From positions 49,104,001-49,168,000 of the forward strand of contig NC_043004.1 of NCBI RefSeq assembly GCF_006345805.1: 64,000 bases of DNA. The letters run 5' to 3'. Both the position numbers and the translations under genes were made by a program. Source of the DNA: Octopus sinensis (taxonomy: Eukaryota). The notes beneath the pieces were generated by a model, which was not told the origin of the DNA, searched no databases, and worked only from the letters and a program-made list of their open reading frames with translations. This document shows positions 12,216 through 23,646 of the stretch, in pieces (the stretch's first letter is position 1; each line of letters starts with the position of its first letter).

Positions 12216-13045
12216 TTCTGCTATCCCCTTCATAATATTTTCACATCTGATTCCCAATTCTAATAATTTTTATATGTTACATTTATTTATTTCTGTGTAT
12301 AATAGTGCTCACTCGCTTAGTAAGTATTGCTTTCATTATTTTATCAGAGTCATAATCTCCTTTTTTTAAACAAACATCACGGTAGTCCAACATAAGAGGG
12401 AGAAGCAGTTTGTCAAGTTTTACCTTCCTTTCAAAGCAAGATAGAGATTTCAGTTGACCAGCCCTTCTGTAAGCTTTGCTGTGTGTGTGTGAGAGAGAGG
12501 AGGCGGGGAGAGAGAACATTGCAAACAGATGTATATGACCTCGATTTTGTTGCCTTACGACATCCAGAAAAATAGATACTTTTTAACAAAATTTTATACA
12601 AATACCGCTTAGTTGTTGTGGCTTCAGAATATATAGGGATTTATGGAAAATAATTTTTCCGAGGGGGTGGAGAGAGGAGTTTTGGAAAATTCACACGATC
12701 TGACTTTGTTCTCTCATAACTTTCAGAAAGATGGGTATCTTTTAATGAAAGTTTATACAAATCCCTTTCAACCGACATAGATTACGATTATAAAGAAATT
12801 TATGGGGAAATTTTTTTCAGGGATTTTCCTCATTTTTTAAAAACCATAGCCTTCGAAATGATGGGTTGGCGGGGGCATCTTTGTATGAAAAGAGTTTTGT
12901 AAACTCTTTTTTTACACCCCTCCCTCATCATCCCACTCCGGACCTGTATTTAAGAAGTTCCGTTGATGGACCTCTGTATTTAAGAAGTATCGGTTTCACT
13001 TCAACATTAAAATTTCATCTGGGTCAAAATATTTTCTTCGCTTTG

Positions 13046-13437
13046 AAACATATAAACACGAGGCGATCAAACTACGTGCCCCTTGTTTATATATCCTAAC
13101 TTTTTCAAAATCTACTGCGCAGCCGCAGCCCTTCGCCAGCAATAAAAAATGCCAACTTTTAAAAACCGAAAATTATCCAAAAACTTACAAAATTTAATCA
13201 TATCAAAGGGAAATGGAAATCAATTAAAAATTTACACTGACTGATGACAGTCAAGGCTGATCTGGAACCCAACGTAGGCCCCCATGTCTACAGCGTTCGC
13301 CGCTGGAATAGGGAATGGTTGGAGATCACGCGGTCGTTAGCCTCAAATCGCCAGGCCTGGTCGGCTTTGAAACTGCGACCTGTTCACTGACAAAACTTCG
13401 CAAAAGTAATGCAGCATAAAGTTTTGTCAGTGAACGG

Positions 13438-13485
<48 letters not shown>

Positions 13486-14268
13486 TCATTGCCTTTCATT
13501 TATGTGTATGTGTATCTAAGTGTTTGCGCGAGTGTGTCACTGTTGAAGTCGCTCGTGCAATTTCTTTGTGTATATATTGCCTTACTGGTACAGAGTGTTT
13601 TGAAACTGTGAATAAAGTGCAAGTTTCGAGTACTTGGCGGTAACAATTTTTCTCCTCGTTTTTTAATAGTAATTACCCATCTTTTTAGGCTCTCCCCACA
13701 GCTATCCCGCGTTCAAAAACTATACGGGTATTTTAAAAAATCTCATTCAATAAATAATATATTATGTATACATTAACAGAATAAACTGTCAGTTTTCCCA
13801 ATAGCGAATGAAAACTTAAAAGAGAAAGTGAGAGACTTTGCAAATGAGAATGGAATACTCCGCAGTAAATGCAAAGAATACTTAAATTTGCTAGAAATTG
13901 AAGTTTAAAAAATTCAAGAAACTTGAGAAATCGAAATTATAGGTCTTCATGTATTGTCTTGAGAAAGCATTCACCCGGGGTGGGTTGAGCTGGCTTCATT
14001 CATCCTCAATGCTGCATCTCTCGCAAACGCCGACCAGGCCTGGCAATTTGAGGCTAACGACCGCGTGATCTCCAACCATTCCCTATTCCAGCGGCGAACG
14101 CTGTAGACAAGAGGGCCTAGGTTGGGTTCCAGATCAGCCTTGACTGTCATCAGACAGTGTAAATTTTAATAAATTTCCATTCGGGCTGCGGCTGCGCAGT
14201 AGATTTTGAAAAAGTTAGGATATAGAAACAAGGGGCACGTAGTTTGATCGCCTCGTGTTTATATGTTT
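13046..14268. mobile_element. Foldback-like element with long inverted repeats
   Basis: 13046-13131 is the reverse complement of 14183-14268 (1 mismatch seen). 13212-13365 is the near reverse complement of 14029-14181. Non-coding interior; no clear TSD. Confidence 0.75.
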
Positions 14269-14280
14269 AACCCTAGGTGT

Positions 14281-14365
14281 TCCTGCTGAAGACGATTTCA
14301 CCTGGCGAGTGTAGATGTTATTCATTCACTTGCTAAACTAAAATCAGAAACCAATTGGTCCAGGA
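14281..14365 (+). ncRNA. Type I hammerhead ribozyme motif
   Basis: TCCTG-CTGAAGA-cGATTT...AAATCa-GAAA-CCAATTGG-TC-CAGGA. Stem I TCCTG/CAGGA, palindromic stem III ACCAATTGGT, cleavage triplet GUC at 14358-14360. Confidence 0.7.
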
Positions 14366-14801
14366 TACTAGATGGTAAAATGTTCTTATTTTTCATTTTG
14401 TTCCTGTCGAATTTTAGCCCTAATTTTGTGGTTATAGAACCTAGCTGTTCTTTCTAGCGTGCTGAATCCTATGAGTGGATTCCTCATGTGTTTAAACGTA
14501 CACTGTATCTTATGACTAATACATAGTCTTTTAGACTAAATTTTTACACGTTAGACCACTGGAAGTGTAAATTTTAATTAATTTCCATTTCCCTTTGATA
14601 TGATTAAATATATATATATATATATCTTTATGTTCGTCCCCCTAACATCGGTCTAGATTATTTTATGTCTACGTAACTTAGCGTTCAACACAAGAGATCG
14701 TTAGACACCTAAGAAAATATGAGTACTAGGGTTGGTTTGTTCAAGTAATCCTCAGACAGAAAACAAGCTATTTTTACTTCAAATGTTTATAAATTTTTAC
14801 T

Positions 14802-14836
14802 GATATTTGATGAGATATATCGAAACCGGTAATATT
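14802..14836 (+). ncRNA. Minimal hammerhead motif, C3U variant
   Basis: GATAT-TTGATGA-GATATATC-GAAA-CCGG-TA-ATATT. Palindromic stems II and III; core C replaced by T. Confidence 0.55.
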
Positions 14837-15001
14837 TTTTGAACCCGGAACCATGTGGTTGGGAAGCAAGCTTCTTACCACACAGCCACTCCTGTACCTA
14901 TATTCTTCTAAGTACTTTTACTCTTTATTCTTCTATTTTATTCCTTATAATCTGTGAATTTTATTCCTTATAAACTGTAAATTTTCCCCTGTCATAACTT
15001 G

Positions 15002-15077
15002 GTCTCTGATGACGGAATACCTAGAGCATGGACATGCTAACCTACCACTTGGGTTATCCCAGAAACGGCTGTAAGAC
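15002..15077 (+). ncRNA. Type I hammerhead ribozyme motif
   Basis: GTCT-CTGATGA-cGGAATACC...GGTTATCCCa-GAAA-CGGCTG-TA-AGAC. Stem I GTCT/AGAC, triplet GUA at 15071-15073, stem II imperfect. Confidence 0.65.
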
Positions 15078-15274
15078 TTCAAATTAAATTATTCTAAATG
15101 ACTTGAGATACCCGGTTTTGATTTTTCTTCTAATACCCCCCACACAAACATATGTATGTGTGTGTGTGTATGTATATATATATATAGGGAGAGTTTACGA
15201 TAAAAACAAAAGACGAAAACAGGTGGTGTACAAAACAAACAGATGTATTAGTATAACGCTCAGGAATAGAAAAA

Positions 15275-15316
15275 GTCTTTTACGTTTCGAGCCTACGCTC
15301 TTCTACAGAAAGGGAC
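15275..15316 (-). ncRNA. Hammerhead-like motif with non-canonical core (CUGUAGAA)
   Basis: Minus strand CTTT-CTGTAGA-A-GAGC-GTAG-GCTC-GAAA-CG-TA-AAAG. Stems I and II pair and stem III is the ACGT palindrome, but the core deviates from CUGANGA. Confidence 0.35.
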
Positions 15317-15496
15317 ACAGAAAGAAACAAGGAGAGAAAAAATGTGTGTAGTGGCTAAGGCAGATATATACTTACATAGAGAAACACGCACCTTACAGAT
15401 AAATATGTGTATATAGAAACCTGCGTGCACACACACACGCACATACGCACACAAAAAGAGAGAGAGAGAGAGTGTGTGTGTGTGTACGTGTGTGTA

Positions 15497-15527
<31 letters not shown>

Positions 15528-15961
15528 AACAGGTGGGTAGGCAGACAAAGAAATAGTTACTATTTGTAGCTAGGCCACATTACTGTCAGCATGTGGAAAC
15601 TCAACCAATAACTTATATATATTGTTACGTCTAATACACATACACTACTGTCTACTGCCAACTTTATAAAGTTGTACGTAAGAGTAGACGGTGCATGTTT
15701 AACCGAGATGTACGTCTACAAAAATATGCGCACACACTCGTACAGTAATATATAATCATTCTAGCCAACGAGGACGTCGACGGGGTCGTTGACCTGTAAG
15801 AAATAGTAGCAAAATTTCTCCCTAAAATCTGTTTCGTATGTATTTTATTTGATAAATACCTCTTTAAAAAGAAGTTGGGATTAGCGTGCTCCTAACTGAA
15901 ATAATTACTTTTGGTCACGGGTCTTGCGCCGAATCAGGACTTTTCCTGGGACGGAACGCCT

Positions 15962-16050
<89 letters not shown>

Positions 16051-16093
16051 CCACATTCATCACACATATATCATGTGTGTATGTGTATTGTCT

Positions 16094-16448
16094 ATCTTTG
16101 CTTTGCTAGTTTCAGTCAATTGTCTGCGGCCCAACGACATATTTTATTACATAGTTTGGTACTTATTCTATCGATCCCGTTTGCTGAACGCTAAGTTACA
16201 GCGACACAAAGAAACATACTGCGATTGTAGTGCGGTACAAACACAAACAAACACACACACAGGTGTGTATGTATGTATGTATGTATGTATGTATGTATAT
16301 ATATATATATACACACGCGACGGGCTTCTTTCAGTTTCCGTCTACCAAATCCATTCACAAGGCTTTGGTCGACCCGCAGCTATAGTAGAAGACAGGTGGG
16401 AATGAACCCGGAACCATGTGGTTGGGAAGCAAGCTTCTTGCCACATCC
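16094..16448 (-). mobile_element. SINE family A, diverged
   Basis: Same head and 3' domain as the other family A copies. Confidence 0.75.
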
Positions 16449-16683
16449 ACCCACGCACACACATATATATGTGTGTGTGTGTGTGTGTGTAATATATCTT
16501 TTACCTTTTACTTGTTTCAGTCATTGGACAGCAGCCATGCTGGTGTACCTTGAAGGATTTAGTCGAACAAATCGACTCCAGTAAATATTTTTTAAAGATT
16601 GGTACTTATTCTATCGGTCTCTTTGGCCCAAATGCTAATTCATGGAGACGTAAACAAACCAAGACCGGTCGTGAAGTGGTGCT

Positions 16684-17449
16684 GGTGGGACAAACACAAA
16701 CACACACACCACACACACACACACACAAGTATACACGCTCACACACATGTATACATATAGAAGACGCCCAAGGAGCAGTGCGGTGGGAGTGAACCTAAAG
16801 CCACGTGGCTGGGAAACAAACTTCGAACCACACAACCACAAACGCACACACAGACACACGTACACACACACACGCGCGTGTACATATGTATTCGTGTATA
16901 AACACCAACGTCTATCCACTACACACGCACCACACACGTGTATACATTCACACACATACATTCGAATATGCACATACAGAGACATACACACACAGATGTA
17001 TACTCATACATGTGTACCCATGTTAGCGCTGTGTGTGTGTGTGTGCGTGTGTGTGTGTGTGAGTGTGCGTGTATGTGTGTGTGTGAGTGCGTGTATGTGT
17101 GTGTGAGTGTGCGTGTATGTGTGTGTGAGAGTATGCGTGTATGTGAGAGTATGTGTGCGTGTGTGTGAGAGTGTGTGTGCGTGTATGTGTGTCTGAGTGT
17201 GTGTGTGTGCGTGCGTATATGTGTGTGTGAGTGTGTGCGTGTATGTGTGTGTGTGTGGGTGTGCGTCTGAGTGTGTGTGTATGTGTATGTGTGTGTGTTG
17301 TGTGCGTGTGTTTGTCTGCACGTCTATATGTGCGTACGTGTATTATGAGCGCGTATTTTCGTGTGCGAATATGTTACCATGTGTGTTTTGTATATCAACA
17401 CATGCTAGTGAGTATTTGTGCGCGTTTGTGTATGTGTGTGTATGTGTAT

Positions 17450-17494
<45 letters not shown>

Positions 17495-17495
17495 G
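16684..17495. repeat. Compound CA-rich then TG-rich microsatellite tract
   Basis: Degenerate (CA)n to about 17025, then (TG)n. Confidence 0.9.
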
Positions 17496-17984
17496 TTCCA
17501 TATGCAGGACGACCATAAATGCATTGTTACGTGCACCTCTGCATACATATGTATTCCTCCGTCGAACAACTTAACATGACGTCTTGGCACCGAAACCAAT
17601 CCAGATCAGTCCATTTTTGACATTGAGGGGTGAAATGTGTTGACAAACAACCCTCACCTTCTTTCTTCGTATAATGACTGTTTTATTGTTACCCTCGCAA
17701 GCGCTTCCACTCCATTCACTCTCATCCTCTCTCTGTCCGTCTGTCTGTCTGTCTCTCTTTCTAAGTTCTACTCCACCCATTCCATAACCTATACTGTTCT
17801 AGATTTTTTCTCGCTCTCTCTCTACCCCTCTCTCTTTCTCTATCTCTCACCACCTTTTCTTTCTTTTTTCTTTCTTTCTTTCTTTCTTTCTTTCTGTTTT
17901 ATCGCGTCTTCCCTCCCCTACTCTGTCTGCCTCACACCTATTTCCCTTCCTTTCTTTGGCCTTCTCTCTCTCCCCCTCTCATTC

Positions 17985-18030
17985 TATATATAGGTATATA
18001 TTATAAGCGTGTATGTGTTATAAATATATT

Positions 18031-18063
<33 letters not shown>

Positions 18064-18081
18064 ATACATGTATACGTATAT

Positions 18082-18114
<33 letters not shown>

Positions 18115-18299
18115 GTATATATGATATATATATATATGTGTATGTATATATATATGTCTATGTATATATATATAATTATGTATATGTATATGTATATATG
18201 TATATATAATATGATATATGTATATATATATGTATATGTATATGTATATATATATATGTATATATACATATATGTATATATGTATATATATATATATGT

Positions 18300-18330
<31 letters not shown>

Positions 18331-18460
18331 GTGTGTATGTATGTAAGTATAGATATGTATATATATATATATATATTATATATATATACATGTGTGTATG
18401 TATGTAAGTATAGATATATATATATATATATATAACATGTGTGTATGTATGTAAGTATAG

Positions 18461-18504
<44 letters not shown>

Positions 18505-18571
18505 ATATATATGTATGTATATATAAATATGTTCTGTACATATGTGATGTGTATGTGTGTGTGTCAATAAG

Positions 18572-18612
<41 letters not shown>

Positions 18613-19040
18613 TCTCTCCTTGTCTTCCCCCCTCCTCGCTGTTCCCCGCCAACTACGTCATAAGTCTAAATCAGCAACCCCCCTCCCTCCTTACTCCACC
18701 AGGACAGATTTTTATCTTTTTTTTTTCTCCGTTCACTTATCTACTTCTGGTTTATTCCGAAACTACTGCACACACGCACATACACATACACTCACACACA
18801 CACACACACACACACGCACACACGCACACACACACACACACGTCATACACGTATACACATACAGACAAGCATACAAGCACGCATACACACCGCACACCCA
18901 CTGATACGTACTTACATGCACACGCATAAAACATACACACGTACGTGCGCGCGCACATCCATCCATTTATATAGAAATATACAGCTATAGACATACACTC
19001 ATCTCCGTACACCTACGCGCCTACACACATATACACACAT
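17985..19040. repeat. Compound (TA)n/(TATG)n/(CT)n/(CA)n tract
   Basis: Direct low-complexity runs. Confidence 0.9.
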
Positions 19041-19742
19041 TTTCAGATACAAGCCTATGAAGAAACACCTACGTGGTCGCTCGATCTGCTAGATATAGCA
19101 ACCAAATTACATTCTAATCACACTCGTCCTGAAAACAAGGAGGAATGATCACAGTTGGAACACTTTTGATGTTTCGTCTGCTCGATTACTTGTACCTAGG
19201 GCCAAAATAAACAACACACACACGCACACACACATACACACACTCACGAGCACAGCGAGACATCTACAATCACACACACAGACACACAATACTGCACACA
19301 CAGAAAGATGTAAGTTGATTGTGTCAGGATGCAGACGGGAGCTAATTGTTTTTCCTTTACTCTACGATATATTCAGCCTAAAGGTTGAATATATTGTTGG
19401 TTATGAATTAGTTCAGTTGGAACAATAGCAGAAAACAAATTACAAAACCCGCCGAGATCAACTTTTCTACATTCATATTCATTTGAAGATCGACCTGTAT
19501 CCCGAAACGTCGGTTTTGTTTTCCATACTCCACAGCAACTGGATTTCAACAACAGAAGTTATACCTGGTTAATCGTAGAAATAGCTATCAAATTATCCTC
19601 AAATCAAAACCTGCCGTCATTAAAATGAAGTGGACAGATAAAATACCAATTTCTATACAATCACTCCTAAACGAAAAGAGGTGTGAGGTTCATGGTTGGA
19701 ATGTCGACGGTCTGCTCAATCAGTGTTGGCAATAATAATAAT

Positions 19743-21112
19743 GAGTTGAATGCAGGAAACATGAGCTGAATGCAAGAAACAGGATCAATGCTTTAACTAT
19801 ACCAGTCGTGACTTATAGTTACAATATCAATAACTGGTCAATTACTGAAATATGTAATCTTGACAGAAAAATACGAAAATGTTGACAGTGCATATAATGC
19901 ACCACCCTAAGGCGGATATAGAACGACTTTATCTGCTAAGAAAAGAGGGAGGCCATGGACTTTTACAACTGGAATTAACAATAAAGATTCCCACAATAGG
20001 CCTAGCCACCTACCTGAAAAACTCTGATGACTGGATGTTAAAACTTGTCTCAAAACATGAAAACAAGAAAGCATCATACTCAATAACAAAACAGGCAAAG
20101 GAATATCTAAGTGAATTCCAAATACTAGAAACAAGCACAGAAAAAGCTAAGCGTATGAAAACCCGTGCTAAAACTGCTGCCTTAGATATTCTTACTGATA
20201 AATGGCAAAAAAAAACTCTCAATGGCAAATAACTCAAGAGAGCTAATAGTGTCGATGTTGACAAAGCCCTTATCCATCAATAGCTTAAATTCAGAAACAG
20301 AAGGGTTTATCATAGCAGCCCAAGATCAATGCCTACCAACAAGAAACTACCAGGCCAACATATTAAAGAACGGCAGCTGCCCAACATGTCGTGTATGTCA
20401 ACAACAAAATGAAGCCATTGATCATGTTGTCTCCATGTGCAGTCTTCTTGCACTTACAGAGTACCTCAACAGGCATGATAGAGCAGCACAAAATAATCAC
20501 TGGGTAATTTGCAAAAACCTGGACCTGCCCCATAAAATAATAAAAAAAACTGTGGGAACACAAACCACCTCCAGTGCTTGAAAATGATCACATCTCACTC
20601 TTATGAAACTTCACCATTCAAACTGACAGAAAGATAGATGTGAGTAGGCCAAACATTATATTAAAAGACTTCAGACAAAAATCATGCCTCCTCATTAATA
20701 TGACTGTCCCAATCGATACAAATGTATGTCAAGATCTAACAAAAACTGAGCAAATATAAAGATCTTGAAATAGAAATTGGCAAAATGTGGAACCTTAAGA
20801 CTAAAACAATACCTGTTGCCATAGGTGCCCTAGGAACGATAGCAAAAGGAGCTGATTGCTACCTAGCTCAGTAAAACTTCAAAAGATAGTGTTCATGGGA
20901 ACTTCCCGTATCCTACATAAAATACTGTCTATATAATCTCAAATTTTAAAACAAACTCATAACTTTCTTATGTTTTCTTAAACATTCTCTTGAATAATAC
21001 TATGTACAATACTAAATATATAACACTTAGGCATAACACCAACATGAACTAACTTGTTGTCTCTTGAAGTCTCTGGGTGAGATTTGGAGCCAACTTGTAC
21101 AATCATAATAAT
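19743..21112 (+). mobile_element. 5'-truncated R4/Dong-clade non-LTR retrotransposon (RT C-terminus, CCHC, restriction-like endonuclease), decayed
   Basis: HHPKADIERLYL.RKEGG.GL; ETEGFIIAAQDQCLPTRNY; CRVC...E.IDHVVSMC; RPNIILKD..K.CLLI.M.VP; IPVAIGALGTI. AAT repeats on both sides. Confidence 0.9.
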
Positions 21113-21660
21113 GTTCTCATGGCGTCTGATCTTAACTGATTGGAAGTGTTATCATGTACATTGTTTTGTCTACGTATAAAACATGGACTACAGCAAATAT
21201 TCTGTTCAAACCACAGATTTGCTTGTCAGTTGTTTGACCTTAACCAGCTGAGCATTTGGTGGCTGACAATATGTGGATCTCTGATCTCAAGCAGAAGTAG
21301 TGGGGTGCATAATAACCATTTATTGAGAGGAATTCTTTGGATTTTCAATAATTCACCTCTGGAAACATGTGTGTTTCGTTCAACATCCTTAAACAACCTT
21401 TATTCAAGGACCTTTTGAGCGGGATGGTATAGTCGACCTGAAGAAAATTCTGAATGGACTCCGCCTACAAGGCCATGCGATTGTTTATGTTGATATAAGA
21501 TTACCATGTCATGTACATATGGTTGTGATGTACGTGCCTGGTGCACCCTTATTAGACGTGTCGTCATGATGGGTATACTGAGCTTCGTATATTTTACCCC
21601 GATGTCACTTTGATGGCATTTACAGCTCATTATTGAGTGAGAACTCAATAATAATAATAA

Positions 21661-21669
21661 CAATGATGG

Positions 21670-21717
<48 letters not shown>

Positions 21718-21725
21718 GGAGGAGG
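21661..21725. repeat. (GAT)n/(GAG)n trinucleotide repeat
   Basis: Direct run following an (AAT)n tail. Confidence 0.9.
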
Positions 21726-21849
21726 ACTCTCCCGTTGAAGACGTATGATTGTTCAGCTTTTGCCGAATGACCTGCACAAATGATTTGTTTATAGTGATCA
21801 AATGTTCATGCCATACAATAGCTCGTTCTCTCCATCAGGTCAACACTGT

Positions 21850-22294
21850 CTGAACAGGTGCACGGTGTATCATGCACCAGGTGTCGAAGTGATGGCAGAG
21901 CAATGTGAGATGAAGTGTTTTGCTCAAGAAAACAACGCACCACCTAGTCTAGGAATTGAAACCACGATCTCGCGATCGTGAGTACAACACTCTAACCACT
22001 AGGTCATGTGTCCTCACATAATGATAATAATAATAAAAAAATATATAAATGCGCCCTTTTAAAGCCCAGCCAGGCTCATGAGCCCAGTCTCCCGGTTTCT
22101 ATGGCGCATGTGTTCCCCAGGTGGACAGAACGTCAGTCCATTTCAGCGTTACTAATTTTTGCCAGCTGAGTGGACTGGAACAACGTGAAATGAAGCGTTT
22201 TGCTCAAGAACACAACGCGTCGCCCGGCCCAGGAATCGAAACCACAATCTTACGATCATGATGCTGACACCCTAACAACTAAGCCATGCGCCTC
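21850..22294 (-). mobile_element. Two adjacent family D SINE copies (about 21850-22018 and 22045-22294)
   Basis: Each ends on the minus strand with a GGCGCATGGCTTAGT.GTTAG-type head like 24714. Confidence 0.7.
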
Positions 22295-22314
22295 CACGAT
22301 AATAATAATAATGA

Positions 22315-22515
22315 TTTCAAATTATTTGGCACGAGGCCAGCAATTTCGGGGAGGGGGAAGTCGATTGCATCGGCCCCAGTACTCAACAGGTACTTGCTTT
22401 ATCGATCACGAATGGATGAAACGCAAAGTCGACCTCGTGGAATTTGGACTCAGAACCTGAAAACGGATGAAATGCCGCTAAGCATTTCGCCCGATGTGCT
22501 AGCGATTCTGCCTGG
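22315..22515 (-). mobile_element. SINE family B (tRNA head + GTCGACTTTGCCTTTCATCC...GTCGATAAA..AAGTACC central domain), diverged
   Basis: Reverse complement of the 60043 copy. As I recall it, the central domain resembles the MetaSINE-type conserved domain. Confidence 0.75.
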
Positions 22516-22689
22516 CTAGAAGGACCCAAGACATAGAGGACAATATCAAAGGACGAATTACACCACACATAAACAAAAACAAAGCAGGTGGGGTTGACAT
22601 CGATCAAAAGGAGACACTACCACATTAGAGGATATACCAAAGGATATCTAAATAGAAACCAGGGAAATTATAAAAAAATAAATAAATGA

Positions 22690-23345
22690 ATGAATAGGAT
22701 CCCTAACAGCGGAGCAGTCCACTTAGGGTAATTCGGGTTAACCCCACGCAAAAATCCCGGATTACTCTGCCATACCCAAGGTATAGGAAAGTACCATCAT
22801 CCAGTTTCTTTCATCCTACCTTAGAAAAGTATACCACGCATACTCAGAGTCGATCCATTCAGTCTCACAAGTCTTGTCACCCTCGTTCATGTTTTGAGAA
22901 ACATACTAGAATGCATCACCTCCACCCCCTTTATCCTCAAGAAATTGATAAGAGCTTGGTTAGATTGGAAAGTGTTTGTCTTCAAACCTTTCAGACATGT
23001 CCACCATACAGTCTCTTTTGTCACAGTCCATGAGCAGTGAAAGATCTGCCTTCCTTCTCTGCTAAGGGAAGCCAGTGCATCAATCTTCACAATACACTTG
23101 GCAGATAGCTGAATTTGTCTTACACGCAACAGCAGCTGCTCCTCACAAGCCCACAATTCTCTAACGCACGGACACTGAAAGACTGCATGCAGGACAGTTT
23201 CGCTGCCTGCATCTCGGGCAGGTTCGGTTATTGGCACCCCCATGCCTGAAAAACTTGCCTCGAACAGGCAATGCCACCCGCACCCCTGTAGCACTGTCAT
23301 GCTAAGACAAAAATGGCTTATAATATAGGCACAAACCCCAGCCAT
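22690..23345 (-). mobile_element. L1/Tx1-like LINE ORF2 C-terminal fragment
   Basis: LPVRGKFFRHG...ETVLHAVFQCPCVRELW matches the zf-RVT/CCHC tail of L1-clade ORF2; frameshifted. Confidence 0.6.
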
Positions 23346-23592
23346 TTTAAGACAACCAGCAGTCGATACTAAATACCGCAGTACTTGACTAGTACTTTAT
23401 TTTACCGCTCCCGAAACAATGAAAAGCAACGTTGACTATGGTGAGTTTTGAACTCAGAACGTAAAGAGCCGGACCAAAACTGAAAAACATTTTATCCGAG
23501 GCTTGAACGATTCTGTTCTTCAGCAATAATTACCATTATCTTTCTATCATTGATACGAAGCAAGCAATTTTGAGGTCATGCATATAAACACA

Positions 23593-23644
<52 letters not shown>

Positions 23645-23646
<2 letters not shown>

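Noticed and set aside
12283-12519. 78-aa minus-strand ORF with a possible GTGAGC donor
   Set aside because: Weak acceptor, no recognisable family, and it lies within a probable non-autonomous Helitron body.
13235-13290. Hammerhead-like CTGATGA-CAG...CTG-GAA in the foldback arms
   Set aside because: Both arms read GAAC rather than GAAA, and I could not place stem III, the NUH triplet and stem I in register. At most a relic.
19483-19511. TTGAAGA...CGAAACGTC hammerhead-like string
   Set aside because: Core C3 is mutated, stem II is poor and there is no adjacent stem I pairing.
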